NCBI GenBank assembly: GCA_963804345.1
Contig: CAWDPX010000004.1
Coordinates: 320,181 to 384,180 of the forward strand
DNA: 64,000 nt
Reading direction: 5' to 3'
Source of the DNA: an uncultured Verrucomicrobiae bacterium
GTDB lineage: Bacteria > Verrucomicrobiota > Verrucomicrobiia > Limisphaerales > UBA11358
How positions within the stretch are numbered: the first letter of the stretch is position 1; each line of letters begins with the position of its first letter. A program made the translations under genes and the position numbers. The notes under the pieces are model-generated. The model was not told the origin of the DNA, did no database searches, and was given only the letters and a program-made list of their open reading frames with translations. Positions 27,337-35,799 of this stretch are shown here, one piece after another.

Positions 27337-27475
27337 AAAACTGTCATTTTGCCTTCGGTCCGTGACGATCTGGAAGCCGGCTTCCAGCATTACGAACACC
27401 GGCAGGGATTCATCGGTGAATATTCCCTGGATTCGCTTTTCTCCGACTTCGGGTCGCTGCGTTTATATGCCGGAG
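27334..27475 (+). pseudogene. ParE/RelE-type toxin, 3'-truncated
   Basis: ATGA overlap with the antitoxin. MKTVILPSVRDDLEAGFQHYEHRQGFIGEYSLDSLFSDFGSLRLYAG, then runs into an ISL3 fragment. Confidence 0.5.
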
Positions 27476-27849
27476 TTGGTGACGTGATGGCGCAGATAGG
27501 TCCGCAGGTTCTTCAAGTGCCGCTTGAGTAATCGCACCACGTCGGCCATCGGTTTGAGTTGGCTTCGGCTCACCCGGCCAAACCAACCCTTGAAAAATCG
27601 TCGGACCCAGCCCTCCTCCTGATAGTCCCAGAACTTACTGAACAGTTCCTTCATCGCCCATGCCCGCGCCACTTTCAATTCCAGATCCTTCAGCCCGGAA
27701 AATTCCTCCCGTTGCTCCGCGCTGAAATGCTGCGGATTATACAGCCACACCTCGGTCTCTTGGCCGAAGCTGGATTGCGACATCAGTTCCGACTGCCTGC
27801 TGCGCGGTGCGAAGGAAGCCCGCAAATTTGCCGAACGCGCCTGGCGCAA
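27463..27849 (-). pseudogene. ISL3-family transposase C-terminal fragment
   Basis: LKVARAWAMKELFSKFWDYQEEGWVRRFFKGWFGRVSRSQLKPMADVVRLLKRHLKNLRTYLRHHVTNSG. No N-terminal catalytic part is present. Confidence 0.7.
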
Positions 27850-27914
27850 AAAAACAAAGCTGGCCGCAGTTTAGAACCGCAGTTTCCAGACCTTCCGCGC
27901 AATAGCGACTTGAA

Positions 27915-27955
27915 CGCGCCAGCGTCTTGGACTGCGGCAGCCCTCTGCCGCTTTC
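27915..27955 (+). repeat. REP-like element (forward copy) upstream of rayT
   Basis: cgcgccagcgtcttggactgcggcagccctctgccgctttcg. Confidence 0.6.
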
Positions 27956-28015
27956 GCACACACGCGATTGAAATTTGACTTCACTTCCAGCTTCGCTGAC
28001 AGCATCGTCAGGCGC

Positions 28016-28582
28016 ATGCCAGAACCAAAAACGCCCTGGCCGCACGCGCCCACACACCAGCTTTCCGGGCAGGGGACTTATTTTGTAACCGCCTCGACTT
28101 ATCAAAAGGCGCATCATTTTCGCGGTGCGAAACGGCTTCGGGTTTTGCATCGCGGCTTGCTGGCCGTGGCCGGCAAGTTTGGCTGGCAACTGGAGGCATG
28201 GGCGGTGTTCTCAAATCACTACCATTTTGTCGCCCACTCGCCTGCCGCCGCCGACGCTTCCAGCTTGAGTGACATGTTGAGCTTGTTGCATGTCAAGACG
28301 GCGGAGTGGGTCAACAAACTTGACAAGTCGCCGGGCCGGCAGGTCTGGTTCAACTTCCGCGAAACCAAGCTCACACATCAACGCTCGTATCTGGCGCGGT
28401 TAAACTACGTCCATCAAAACGCGGTGAAACACGGGCTGGTGCCGGTGGCCTGTCAGTATCCGTGGTGTTCGGCGGCGTGGTTTGAACGCACAGCTTCGGC
28501 GGCGATGGTGAAGGCAATTTACCGGTTCAAGACGGACCGGATTTTGGTGGCGGATGAATTTGAGGTGAGCGCGGATTGGTAG
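28016..28582 (+). CDS. REP-associated tyrosine transposase (RAYT, IS200/IS605 Y1 HUH family)
   Basis: HUH motif SNHYHFV. Catalytic-Tyr region LNYVHQNAVKHGLV. Flanked by REP-like palindromes. Confidence 0.8.
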   Translation: MPEPKTPWPHAPTHQLSGQGTYFVTASTYQKAHHFRGAKRLRVLHRGLLAVAGKFGWQLEAWAVFSNHYHFVAHSPAAADASSLSDMLSLLHVKTAEWVNKLDKSPGRQVWFNFRETKLTHQRSYLARLNYVHQNAVKHGLVPVACQYPWCSAAWFERTASAAMVKAIYRFKTDRILVADEFEVSADW

Positions 28583-28592
28583 CCGGTCGGTG

Positions 28593-28697
28593 GAAAAGCG
28601 CCAGAGGGCTGGCGCAGTCCAAGACGCTGGCGCGAGATTTGTGTGACTTTCGTGAACGCGAAGCGTCGTGGAGTGCGGCGGCCCTCCGCCGCTTTTT
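28593..28697. repeat. REP doublet (inverted copy 28593-28634 plus forward variant 28657-28697)
   Basis: gaaaagcgccagagggctggcgcagtccaagacgctggcgcg is the reverse complement of the 27915 element. It is followed 22 nt later by cgcgaagcgtcgtggagtgcggcggccctccgccgcttttt. Confidence 0.65.
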
Positions 28698-28791
28698 ACG
28701 GGGCATGCGTCCCGCAATGCGGGATCAGATAAAACGAGCGCGATGGCGCCTTGAGCAAATCAACCAGCAATTCTTTGTGTACGGCAAACAT

Positions 28792-29628
28792 CTATGTTTC
28801 AGCCGAAATGGAAATTCCAAGCTCGGCAAAGACTTCATTCGGAACACAACTAAGAGTTAAGTTCATTGTCTGCTTATCTCCTTCGGTTTTTACTTCTGGT
28901 CCGTCAGGTATGAAATACATTCTAAAACCGCCGTCGATCTTTTGTACTTCTTTCGTTAGTTCGAAATAAAATTGGGCGGCAGGAAATAAATCAGGGGAAA
29001 AAGTTTTGGCTACATGCCCACCATAAGGCCCCAACATGCGGTGGTGAAATTCGTGCAATAGCTTGGCGAGTTCAAGCTGCCCCTCTTTGCCGGTTAATTT
29101 GCTTCTCTTCCATTCTTTACTGTCTGCTGCGAGTTGTGCCGCATCTTGGGTGATTTGCAACGTGACCGATGTTAAAGATCTATGACGATTGAAATGACCG
29201 ATTCCCAATCCGCAATGTTGCACATATCCGCGAAAGTCTAGAAAGAAGGCAAATTCCCAAGAATTCTTACATAAACCGTTAATAAAATCGTCATATTCTT
29301 TGAGTTTTGCTTCGTTTTTCCGAAATCGGCGACGGAATGAAGTCTTGAAGTGTTCGTGAATTGTATAAGCACATGACAAGTAATTCAGCAGCAATCTATC
29401 CAGTTGCAGCATTGCATCTTCATCATTATTTGTCAGAGGGTTGAGAAGTAAATTGATGTAAGAAGTCCACTCGACGTAATTTCGACCAAGAATTTTGAAG
29501 AGATGAAAACGGCTACGAGCATCTGTAAAAACAGATATATATTTTTCATGCTTCGCAATCTCGTCGCTACTTAAATCTCGAACGAATTGAAGACGGTTCC
29601 CGTTAGGATTGAAACCAACCAATTTCAT
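28792..29628 (-). CDS. AT-rich orphan hypothetical protein, possible HEPN-like (Rx4H) domain
   Basis: 278 aa starting MKLVGFNPNG. Its ATG overlaps the argH TGA (ATGA). Contains FLDFRGYVQHCGLG. Composition is far more AT-rich than the flanks. Confidence 0.65.
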   Translation of the reverse strand: MKLVGFNPNGNRLQFVRDLSSDEIAKHEKYISVFTDARSRFHLFKILGRNYVEWTSYINLLLNPLTNNDEDAMLQLDRLLLNYLSCAYTIHEHFKTSFRRRFRKNEAKLKEYDDFINGLCKNSWEFAFFLDFRGYVQHCGLGIGHFNRHRSLTSVTLQITQDAAQLAADSKEWKRSKLTGKEGQLELAKLLHEFHHRMLGPYGGHVAKTFSPDLFPAAQFYFELTKEVQKIDGGFRMYFIPDGPEVKTEGDKQTMNLTLSCVPNEVFAELGISISAET

Positions 29629-31025
29629 GAAAGCTGTGTCCGCCACCTCGCCAGTTGCTTCGCGACTTCCTTCGTTCCCGGTGCGCCAATCATATTCCGT
29701 TTCGCCATCGCGCGTTGCAAATCGAACACGTCCAGCGCGTCGCGGCCAAATTTTTTGTCCACGGATTTCAATTCCGCGAGCGTGAGCAGATTCAACGGCT
29801 TGTCCAATTCTTCCGCCAGCGCCACGACCGTGCCAACGGTGCGGTGCGCCGGCCGGAACGGCACGCCTTTGCGCACGAGATAATCCGCCAGGTCGGTCGC
29901 CAGCAGCGCCGGGTCGTTGGCGGCAACCGCGCAGGCGCTGGGATTGATCTGGGTGTTTTGCAGCATCGCGGCCATGAGCCGCGTGGTGGCGCGCAGGGTG
30001 TCGGCGGTGTCGAACACCCGTTCCTTGTCTTCCTGCAAATCGCGGTTGTAGGTCATCGGCAGGCCCTTGAGCAGCGTGAGCAGCGCGACGAGGTTGCCGA
30101 TGACGCGGCCGGTCTTGCCGCGCGCGAGTTCGGCGACATCGGGATTTTTCTTTTGCGGCATCAACGACGAGCCGGTGGCGTAGGCGTCGGCAATCTTGAT
30201 GAAATTGAATTCCACGCTGGTCCAGAGAATCACGTCTTCCGCGAGCCGTGAAAGGTGGACGGCCAGCAATGCGCCGGCGGCGCAGAATTCGACGGCAAAG
30301 TCGCGGTCGCTCACGGCGTCCATGGAATTTTGCGTGAGCTGCGGTTTGCCGCTGGCGTCCACGAAGCCGAGCAGTTTGGCGACGAACACGCGATCGAGCG
30401 GCAGCGTGGAACCGGCGATGGCGCCGCTGCCGAGCGGGCAGACGTTCACGCGTGAGTGGCAGTCCCAGAGGCGCTCGCAGTCGCGTTCGAGCATCTCGAC
30501 GTAGGCGAGCAGATGGTGGGCAAGATAAACCGGCTGGGCGCGTTGCAGATGCGTGTAGCCGGGAATGAGCACGCCGGAATTTTTTCCGCCGAGCGAGACG
30601 AGCGCGCGTTGCAGGCCGGCGATTTCGCCGAGCAGCAGGAAAATTTCGTCGCGCAGCCAGAGGCGGACGTCGAGGGCAACCTGTTCGTTGCGGGAGCGGG
30701 CGGTGTGGAGTTTGGCCCCGGCGGGGACGCGCCGGGTCAGTTCGGCCTCGATGTTCATGTGGACGTCTTCGAGTCCGGGCTTCCACTTGAATTTGCCCGC
30801 GGCGATTTCGCGGGCGATCCGGTCGAGTCCGCGCTTGATGCTGCGGGCCTCGGCTTTCGAGAGCACGCCGATTTTGCGGAGCATGGCGGCGTGGGCGAGC
30901 GAGCCGAGGATGTCCTGCCGCCAGAGCCGCCAGTCAAAGGAAACGGATTCGGTGAATTGGGTCGCGTCCGCGCCGGGGTCGCGCGCGAAGCGTCCGCTAC
31001 GGGAAACGGGAGAGATTTTTTTCAT
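29625..31025 (-). CDS. argH: argininosuccinate lyase
   Basis: SGRFARDP..., SVSFDWRLWRQDILGSLAHAAML, GYTHLQRAQP, GSSLMPQKKNPDVAE. Confidence 0.95.
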   Translation of the reverse strand: MKKISPVSRSGRFARDPGADATQFTESVSFDWRLWRQDILGSLAHAAMLRKIGVLSKAEARSIKRGLDRIAREIAAGKFKWKPGLEDVHMNIEAELTRRVPAGAKLHTARSRNEQVALDVRLWLRDEIFLLLGEIAGLQRALVSLGGKNSGVLIPGYTHLQRAQPVYLAHHLLAYVEMLERDCERLWDCHSRVNVCPLGSGAIAGSTLPLDRVFVAKLLGFVDASGKPQLTQNSMDAVSDRDFAVEFCAAGALLAVHLSRLAEDVILWTSVEFNFIKIADAYATGSSLMPQKKNPDVAELARGKTGRVIGNLVALLTLLKGLPMTYNRDLQEDKERVFDTADTLRATTRLMAAMLQNTQINPSACAVAANDPALLATDLADYLVRKGVPFRPAHRTVGTVVALAEELDKPLNLLTLAELKSVDKKFGRDALDVFDLQRAMAKRNMIGAPGTKEVAKQLARWRTQLS

Positions 31026-31146
31026 GCGCTTCAACAGTTTCGAATGTGCGCCCGACGGTGTCAAAAGTCACTCCGAAATGTCGCGCGATTCCGCCAAAAA
31101 CCACGTTGCCGTTGGTGCATGAATGTGGAATGCTTTTCCGGCAGCC

Positions 31147-31995
31147 ATGAGCGAGTTCAAATATGCGTGTCCGGTGTGCGGCCAGCACATGAAGTGCGAT
31201 TCGTCGCAAAGCGGCACGGTGATGGAATGCCCGACCTGCTTCCAGAAGATCACCGCCCCGCAGGCCCCCGCGACAGACGCGCCGAAATTCATCATCACAG
31301 GAACGAAGGTGGGCGAACGTCCCATTCCGACTGCGCCGGTGGCTTCAGGGACGGCAATCCCGCCCGAGAAGGATTTTCCGGCGACGACGTTCGTTCTCAT
31401 TGTTTTGCTTTGTTCGGTGATTGGGGCGGCGTTTCTGTTTCGCGGAAAAATTTTTAAAACGGTTCCAACCAAAACAACCGTCGTCACCAATGCCTCCGGC
31501 ACAGCGTCGAATCCGGCGTCGCGCGGCTCCCCGGCAACTGTGTCGGTTGGGAACATTGCCTTGGGCCGGCAGGCGTATGCCAGCAGCCAGCAGGATGGAC
31601 ACCCGGTTCAAGCTGGCAATGATGGAGACAGCACGACTCGTTGGTGCGCTGACGACGGCAGCATATTGCAATGGTGGGAGGTTGACCTTGGCGCCATGGC
31701 GGTCATCACCAATACCCAGGTTCTGTGGGAACATACTTCCAAATACCAATACAAGGTTGAGGTGTCGCCCAACAACACAAACTGGACAATGGCGGCCAAT
31801 CGAACCACAAATTTCACACTTGCCCAGGCCAGTTCCGATAATTTTTCCGCCACCGGAAGATATGTGCGAATCACGTTCACCGGACTCCCGCCGGGCTCCT
31901 GGGCAAGTTTTTATGAATTCCAGGTGTTTGGTTCCTTCAACAACGGGGGCGATGGCGGATTCAAAACCAATGGTCATTCCACCAATCAACCATGA
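31147..31995 (+). CDS. zinc-ribbon / single-TM protein with extracytoplasmic F5/8 type C (discoidin) domain
   Basis: MSEFKYACPVCGQHMKCD..CPTC; TM FVLIVLLCSVIGAAFLF; NIALGRQAYASS...DGDSTTRWCA...WWEVDLG...YVRITF...FYEFQVFG. Confidence 0.8.
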   Translation: MSEFKYACPVCGQHMKCDSSQSGTVMECPTCFQKITAPQAPATDAPKFIITGTKVGERPIPTAPVASGTAIPPEKDFPATTFVLIVLLCSVIGAAFLFRGKIFKTVPTKTTVVTNASGTASNPASRGSPATVSVGNIALGRQAYASSQQDGHPVQAGNDGDSTTRWCADDGSILQWWEVDLGAMAVITNTQVLWEHTSKYQYKVEVSPNNTNWTMAANRTTNFTLAQASSDNFSATGRYVRITFTGLPPGSWASFYEFQVFGSFNNGGDGGFKTNGHSTNQP

Positions 31996-32134
31996 TTCCC
32001 GGTGGCTGACTCCGATCAAGATCAGGAAACCACCGGCTTGCCAGCAGCCTGAACCCGCCCGAAATTGGTTGGCTTGCAGTCCGGTTTTGAAAATGGGACG
32101 TTAAAGCAGGCAAAATACAGATTCCCCCTGTGCC

Positions 32135-32986
32135 ATGAGCGAATTTAAATATGCGTGTCCGGTGTGCGGCCAGCACATGAAGTGCGATTCGTCGCAAAGC
32201 GGCACGGTGATGGAATGCCCGACCTGCTTCCAGAAGATCACCGCCCCGCAAGCCCCCGCGACGGACGACCCGAAATTCATCATCACGGGCACGAAAGTGG
32301 GCGAACGTCCCATTCCGGCTGCGGTGGCGGATGCGGGCGCGGTGCCCGCATCCGCACCACAGGAAAATTCTTCCCTGCCGGCCATTCTCTTCATCGTCTT
32401 GCTCTGCGCCGCGGCGATGGCACTGTTTGCGTTCCATGGAAGGATTTTCAAGTCCGCCGGCGGACAAGGCGCGTCCGGGACCTCCCAACCTCAACCGCCC
32501 GTCAAGCCGCCGCCACCGCCCAAACCCGTCGTCGTCGCGCCGCCGGCCAATGATGCGAGCTGGAGGTTGGAACTCGCTGCCGCAACGGTTCCTGATTCGA
32601 CGGTGGCGGGGCGTATCCATGGGCGGGATTTTATTTGCGAACGCGCGATTTTGCAGGGGGGCGCGTTGACGTTGCGCAGCGCGACGGATTTGGGCGCGAC
32701 GATCAATTTCGGCGGCGTGCTGCCCGAAGCGCTCGCCGGACAGTCCATCAATGTCGCCACCAACGCGGACAAGGCGGCGCGTGTCGTATTGCGTTGGAAG
32801 GAGGACAACCTGTCCCTGCGGGAAAGTTTCACGAACGGCTACGCGCTGCGGATCGAATTCGGCCAGCTTGCCGGCAATCGCATGCCGGGGAAAGTTTATC
32901 TATGCATGCCGGACACCGAGAAAAGTTACATTTCCGGGAACTTCGATGCCGAAATCCGCAAGCCCAAACCGCCCCGACAACAGTGA
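32135..32986 (+). CDS. paralogous zinc-ribbon / single-TM protein with a different C-terminal domain
   Basis: The first ~63 aa are nearly identical to 31147-31995. Pro-rich linker PQPPVKPPPPPKP, then an unrelated ~150-aa domain. Confidence 0.75.
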   Translation: MSEFKYACPVCGQHMKCDSSQSGTVMECPTCFQKITAPQAPATDDPKFIITGTKVGERPIPAAVADAGAVPASAPQENSSLPAILFIVLLCAAAMALFAFHGRIFKSAGGQGASGTSQPQPPVKPPPPPKPVVVAPPANDASWRLELAAATVPDSTVAGRIHGRDFICERAILQGGALTLRSATDLGATINFGGVLPEALAGQSINVATNADKAARVVLRWKEDNLSLRESFTNGYALRIEFGQLAGNRMPGKVYLCMPDTEKSYISGNFDAEIRKPKPPRQQ

Positions 32987-33113
32987 AGCGTGGTTGTTTG
33001 AAGTCCCGTCCCATCCGGCAGGACGGTCCGAGCGCCCTTTTTTTGCCGCGTGAAGGCCGGACTCCGAACGCAAAAACTTGCCACGCGCCGTCCCGGCGCG
33101 GAAACTCCCGCGG

Positions 33114-34424
33114 GTGAACATCGAACTGCTCAACACCGGCAGCGAATTGATGCTGGGCCGCGTGCTCAACACGCATCAGCAATGGCTCTGCCGGCGTCTT
33201 GCCGATCTCGGTTATATTGTGACGCGCCAGGTGGCCGTGCCGGACACGGCACCCGACATTCAATCCGCCGTTCGAGAGGCGTTGAGCCGCGCGGATTTGA
33301 TCGTCACCACCGGCGGCCTCGGCCCGACCTCCGATGATTTGACGCGTGATTTGATTGCGCAACTGCTCGGCAAAAAGCTGCGGCTCGATGATGCGGTGCT
33401 CGACCACATCAAAAGGCGTTTTGCGGCGCGCAACCTGCCGATGCCAAAAAACAATGAAGTCCAGGCGCTGGTGCCCGAAGGCGCGCTGGTGCTGGCCAAT
33501 CCGAACGGCACCGCTCCGGGGCTGGCGATGGAAATCAAACCTTCGGAGGGGCGAGTTCCACGATCCCCAAATCCAATTCAAGTTGGGGGCTCGCAGAGCT
33601 CGCCCCTCCGAAAACAATGGCTCATCCTGCTGCCCGGCCCGCCGCGTGAGTTGCGTCCGATGTTCGACAATTTGGTCGTGCCATTGCTCCGGCGCGAATT
33701 CCCGCTGGACGTGCCGTTTGTCTGCCGCACGTTGCGGACGAGCGGCATCGCCGAATCTCTGGTGCAGGAAAAAATTGAAGCGCCACTGAACTCGCTCACG
33801 GCCGCCGGGCTGGGAATCGGCTATTGCGCGCGGACAGGGCAGGTGGACGTGCGATTGTCTGCGCGCGGCGGGGACGGGGGGAAAATTGTCCACGCGGCAG
33901 AAGCGGTCGTTCAAAAAATTCTCGGCGCGCAAATTTACGGTTTTGACGATGAGGAAATGGACTCGGTTGTCGTCCGGCTTTTGACCGGACGAAAGAAAAC
34001 TTTGGCGCTGGCCGAGTCCTGCACCGGTGGATGTATCGCAAATCATGTGACGAATGTGCCAGGCGCATCGGCAGTTTTTCTGGGCTGCTTCGTGACTTAC
34101 AGCAACGAATTAAAGCGGAAATTTCTCGGCGTTCACGCCGAAACGCTGGCGGCACACGGAGCGGTGAGCGAAGCGGTGGCGCGTGAAATGGCCGAAGGTG
34201 CACGCCGGCAAACTGGCGCGGATTTTGCCCTTGCCGTCACGGGCATCGCCGGGCCGGGCGGCGGAACAAAAGAAAAACCGGCGGGGACGGTTTTCATCGG
34301 GCTGGCCGGAGAGTTTGGAACGGTGGTTGAGCGTAAAATGAATCCTTTTGAGCGCGGGACATTCAAGGAAGTCACGGCGTGGCAGGCATTGGAAATGCTG
34401 CGTGTACGATTGGTTTGTTCTTGA
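33114..34424 (+). CDS. cinA: CinA-family competence/damage-inducible protein (MoCF + PncC-type deamidase domains)
   Basis: VNIELLNTGSELMLG (GTG start), VTTGGLGPTSDDLT, NPNGTAPG, LLPGPPRELRPMF, ESCTGG...GVS. The ORF is open from 33078. Confidence 0.9.
   Translation: MNIELLNTGSELMLGRVLNTHQQWLCRRLADLGYIVTRQVAVPDTAPDIQSAVREALSRADLIVTTGGLGPTSDDLTRDLIAQLLGKKLRLDDAVLDHIKRRFAARNLPMPKNNEVQALVPEGALVLANPNGTAPGLAMEIKPSEGRVPRSPNPIQVGGSQSSPLRKQWLILLPGPPRELRPMFDNLVVPLLRREFPLDVPFVCRTLRTSGIAESLVQEKIEAPLNSLTAAGLGIGYCARTGQVDVRLSARGGDGGKIVHAAEAVVQKILGAQIYGFDDEEMDSVVVRLLTGRKKTLALAESCTGGCIANHVTNVPGASAVFLGCFVTYSNELKRKFLGVHAETLAAHGAVSEAVAREMAEGARRQTGADFALAVTGIAGPGGGTKEKPAGTVFIGLAGEFGTVVERKMNPFERGTFKEVTAWQALEMLRVRLVCS
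33542..33612 (+). repeat. palindromic MITE/RPE-like element, full copy, in frame within cinA
   Basis: TTCGGAGGGGCGAGttccacgatccccaaatccaattcaagttgggggctcgcagagCTCGCCCCTCCGAA. Translated as SEGRVPRSPNPIQVGGSQSSPLR. Confidence 0.75.
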
Positions 34425-34500
34425 GGGTAAAAAAAATTGGGGTAAAATTGTGCCATTCAACGTCTTTGCTCAAATTGAATAGAAAGGTTGATTTCCATAC

Positions 34501-35790
34501 ATGGCTTTGACCATAGAACCATTGATTGCCAAGAGCAATCCGGTTGAGGGCGACAGCACGACGTTTCGCAAGCGCCGCGGCACGTTGCTGGTGGTGGACG
34601 ATGAGGACGGGCCGCGGCAGTCGCTGCGGGTCATTTTCAAGGACGAATACGACATGCTGATGGCCGAGGACGGGCCAACGGCGATTGATCTGGCGCAGAA
34701 GCATCCCATTGACGTGGCGGTGCTGGACATTCGCATGGCCGGCATGTCGGGCATCGAAGTTTTGGAACGCCTCAAATACGTGAATCCCGACATCGAGGTG
34801 ATCATGATGACGGCGTTTGAAACGACGGATACGATTCGTCAGGCGTTGCGGCTGCGCGCGTGCGATTACATCAACAAGCCGTTCGACCTGGCCACCATCC
34901 GCTCCGCCGTCAGCCAGGCCATGCAACGGCGCACGATCGAAAGTGAAATTCACAGCAGCGCCGAAAAAGTGCAGGAATTGCTTTCCGAACTGCAAAACCA
35001 GAAGGTCGAGGAGCAAATTGCCAAAACGCGCGGCGACATTTACGCCAGCATCATCCACGACATCAACGGCCCGCTGACGGTCATTTCCGGTTTCGTGCAG
35101 GTGCTCAACCAGCGCCTTAATCGCAATTCGCGGCTGGAAATGGAGGATTTGGAATTCATCAAGGACCGCCTGCGCATCATCGCGCGGCAGGTGGGGAATT
35201 GCGTGGAAATTTCCCGGCGCTACCTCGGTTTTCTCCGCCGTCAAACAGAGGAAGCCCCGCGCGTGAGCGTGAATCAATTGTTCAAGGACCTCGAACAACT
35301 CATCCGCGTTCATCCCGGCCGGAGCGACAACGAATTCGGCGTCCAGCCGATGGCCGAAGACCTGGGCGTCAAAATGAACGGCACCGACGTCATCCAGATT
35401 TTACTGAACCTCACCGTCAACGCCTTTCAATGCGCGCCGATGAGTCATCGCGTTGATGTCGGCGGTGAAATTTTGCGCGAGCCGCTCGATTTGACCCGGT
35501 TCAAGGACGGGCCCAACGACCGGCTGCTGAACGTCGAGAGCATGGACAACACCGCCCCGCTGGTGAAGTTGTGGGTGCGCGACACCGGGCCCGGCATCCC
35601 GCCGGAAGTGCTGCCGAAAATTTTCCAGCCGTACTTCACCACCAAAGGCCCGCGCCAGGGGACCGGCCTCGGTCTTAACATCGTGCAGCGGCTCATCAAG
35701 GAAGGGAAAGGCGCATTGCACGTCCACACGCGGCCGGGCGAAGGGACGACGTTCACGATTTATCTGCTCGGCGCGAATCTGGCGAAGTAA
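34501..35790 (+). CDS. hybrid response-regulator receiver / histidine kinase
   Basis: REC: LLVVDDEDG...VLDIRMAGMSGIE. HisKA: IIHDINGPLTVISGF. HATPase: DTGPGIP...GTGLGLNIV. Confidence 0.85.
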   Translation: MALTIEPLIAKSNPVEGDSTTFRKRRGTLLVVDDEDGPRQSLRVIFKDEYDMLMAEDGPTAIDLAQKHPIDVAVLDIRMAGMSGIEVLERLKYVNPDIEVIMMTAFETTDTIRQALRLRACDYINKPFDLATIRSAVSQAMQRRTIESEIHSSAEKVQELLSELQNQKVEEQIAKTRGDIYASIIHDINGPLTVISGFVQVLNQRLNRNSRLEMEDLEFIKDRLRIIARQVGNCVEISRRYLGFLRRQTEEAPRVSVNQLFKDLEQLIRVHPGRSDNEFGVQPMAEDLGVKMNGTDVIQILLNLTVNAFQCAPMSHRVDVGGEILREPLDLTRFKDGPNDRLLNVESMDNTAPLVKLWVRDTGPGIPPEVLPKIFQPYFTTKGPRQGTGLGLNIVQRLIKEGKGALHVHTRPGEGTTFTIYLLGANLAK

Positions 35791-35799
35791 CCATGAAAT

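Noticed and set aside
25939-27399. 486-aa minus-strand ORF
   Set aside because: It is antisense to the DegT aminotransferase and the TA remnants and has no recognisable motifs. It is a high-GC antisense artefact.
29629-30786. N-terminal 386 aa of the 664-aa ORF 28792-30786
   Set aside because: This part is an Arg/Pro-rich alternative frame of argH. Only the AT-rich portion from the ATG at 29628 looks like a real gene.
32829-34046. 405-aa minus-strand ORF
   Set aside because: It is antisense to cinA and to the end of the second zinc-ribbon gene, with no motifs.
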